Shown in pieces: positions 31,044-32,000 of a stretch of 32,000 bases of DNA (within the stretch, counting starts at the first letter, position 1; the number at the start of each line of letters is the position of its first letter). The stretch covers positions 9,496-41,495 of the forward strand of contig NZ_PXYY01000013.1 of NCBI RefSeq assembly GCF_003013245.1, in the 5' to 3' direction. The position numbers and the translations under genes are program-made. The DNA is from Neisseria iguanae. GTDB taxonomy: Bacteria > Pseudomonadota > Gammaproteobacteria > Burkholderiales > Neisseriaceae. The notes beneath the pieces are model-generated. The model was not told the DNA's origin. It did not search any database and worked only from the letters and a program-made list of their open reading frames with translations.

Positions 31044-32000
31044 ATGAACGTAATAGGATTGGATATTTCAAAAGACACCATAGACGTAACATTGATTACG
31101 GCCAAAGGCGAAATAGACTATATAAAAATCGGAAACAGTCATGAAGGTTTTGAAAAACTGATTGGCTGGATAAAAACTAAGAGAGTTAGAAAAATTGCTA
31201 TAAGCATGGAAGCAACAGGCGTTTATTACGAAAAAGCTGCCGAACATTTGAGCGCAGTCTATACCGTTTACGTCATCAATCCCCTCAAAATTAAAGATTA
31301 CGCAAAAAGCCAGTTCAGTCATACCAAAACAGACAAAGCAGATTCAAAGTTGATAGCCGATTACACAAAACGACATTTAGATAAATTGAAATCGTTTAGT
31401 CCGTCTGAAAATCCAACGTTGTACAAACTGATAAACCTGCTTCAGCAGCTCAAGCAACAGAAGCACGAAAGCCAAAACAGGCTACATGCCGCTAAAGATC
31501 CGTTTATAAGGTCAACTCACGAATCAATCATCCTGCTGCTCTCAAAGAAAATAGACGAAACCTCAAAACGCATAGACAGCGTGATTAAGCAGCAAAAAAG
31601 CCTGAATGCCGAATATAAGAACCTGCAAACCATACCCGCCATAGGCAAAGATACCGCTGCAATCCTGCTTAGACACCTGACGGATAAAACGTTTGAAACC
31701 GCAAACCAATTTGTATCATTCGCCGGATTAAGTCCCAAAATTGAACAATCAGGGACAAGTGTCAATAAAAAAGGCCGATTAAGCCGATACGGACACAGAC
31801 AATTAAAACGCGCCTTGTTTATGCCTGCTTTGGTTGCTTATCGGATAAACGCATTTCCGCAACTGGTCAAAAACTTGGAAGCGGCCAAAAAACCGAAAAT
31901 GGTCGTTATTGTCGCTTTGATGCGTAAACTCGCAAAAATTGCTTTTTATATCCATAAGGCAAAAACACCGTTTAACAAAGCGCGTCATCAGACGGTTTAA
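31044..32000 (+). CDS. IS110-family (Piv/PivNM-like) DEDD recombinase, the prophage integrase
   Basis: N-terminal RuvC-like motifs are VIGLDISKD, ISMEATGVYY and KTDKADS. C-terminal motifs are LQTIPAIGKDTAA and FAGLSPKIEQSGTS. The stop codon is the last triplet of the window. Confidence 0.85.
   Translation: MNVIGLDISKDTIDVTLITAKGEIDYIKIGNSHEGFEKLIGWIKTKRVRKIAISMEATGVYYEKAAEHLSAVYTVYVINPLKIKDYAKSQFSHTKTDKADSKLIADYTKRHLDKLKSFSPSENPTLYKLINLLQQLKQQKHESQNRLHAAKDPFIRSTHESIILLLSKKIDETSKRIDSVIKQQKSLNAEYKNLQTIPAIGKDTAAILLRHLTDKTFETANQFVSFAGLSPKIEQSGTSVNKKGRLSRYGHRQLKRALFMPALVAYRINAFPQLVKNLEAAKKPKMVVIVALMRKLAKIAFYIHKAKTPFNKARHQTV

Larger units (their letters stand above)
23848..32000 (+). mobile_element. 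Integrated filamentous prophage (Neisseria Nf/MDA-type inovirus); right end beyond the window
   Basis: Gene order is Rep, small proteins, pVIII-like coat, small membrane proteins, large adsorption protein, pVI-like, Zot/pI ATPase, IS110-family recombinase. There is no secretin gene. This is the architecture known for meningococcal and gonococcal Nf prophages. Confidence 0.85.

Overview
This window is a Neisseriaceae chromosome segment. The evidence is a high density of 12-mer DNA uptake sequences (DUS), mostly the AG-DUS form AGGCCGTCTGAA, often as inverted pairs that double as terminators.

1-11.4 kb holds core genes: a yagU-like membrane protein, S-formylglutathione hydrolase, an RlmK-like methyltransferase, the DEAD-box helicase RhlE, the metQIN methionine ABC transporter and the U32 peptidase YegQ. 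Among them sit decayed IS630-family and IS1595-family transposase genes and two inactivated paralogous lipoprotein genes.

About 11.5-23.85 kb is the left part of a Mu-like transposable prophage. In order it carries an S24/LexA-type repressor, Ner, a MuA-like DDE transposase, a MuB-like AAA+ ATPase, about a dozen small early genes, Gam, an AT-rich single-gene cassette, GemA, Mor, and an endolysin/holin/spanin lysis cassette.

At 23847/23848 the Mu-like late region is interrupted by an integrated filamentous prophage (Nf/MDA-type inovirus) that runs to the window end. It has a duplicated hairpin-rich left end, a rolling-circle Rep, a gene-V-position protein, the major coat protein, small membrane proteins, a pIII/TspB-like adsorption protein, a pVI-like protein, a Zot/pI ATPase, a hairpin-dense ~370-nt non-coding region and an IS110-family (Piv-like) recombinase.

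The best candidates for undescribed biology are:
- an orphan 313-aa AT-rich gene between gam and gemA, bracketed by a duplicated 32-bp DUS terminator (possible prophage-encoded defence or exclusion function);
- the structured non-coding region next to the IS110-type recombinase (possible bridge/guide RNA for phage integration), together with an integration junction that abuts a DUS;
- an AT-rich orphan gene inside the filamentous phage structural module.

No rRNA, tRNA or CRISPR array was recognised. All functional calls rest on motif and family recognition by eye, with no database search.
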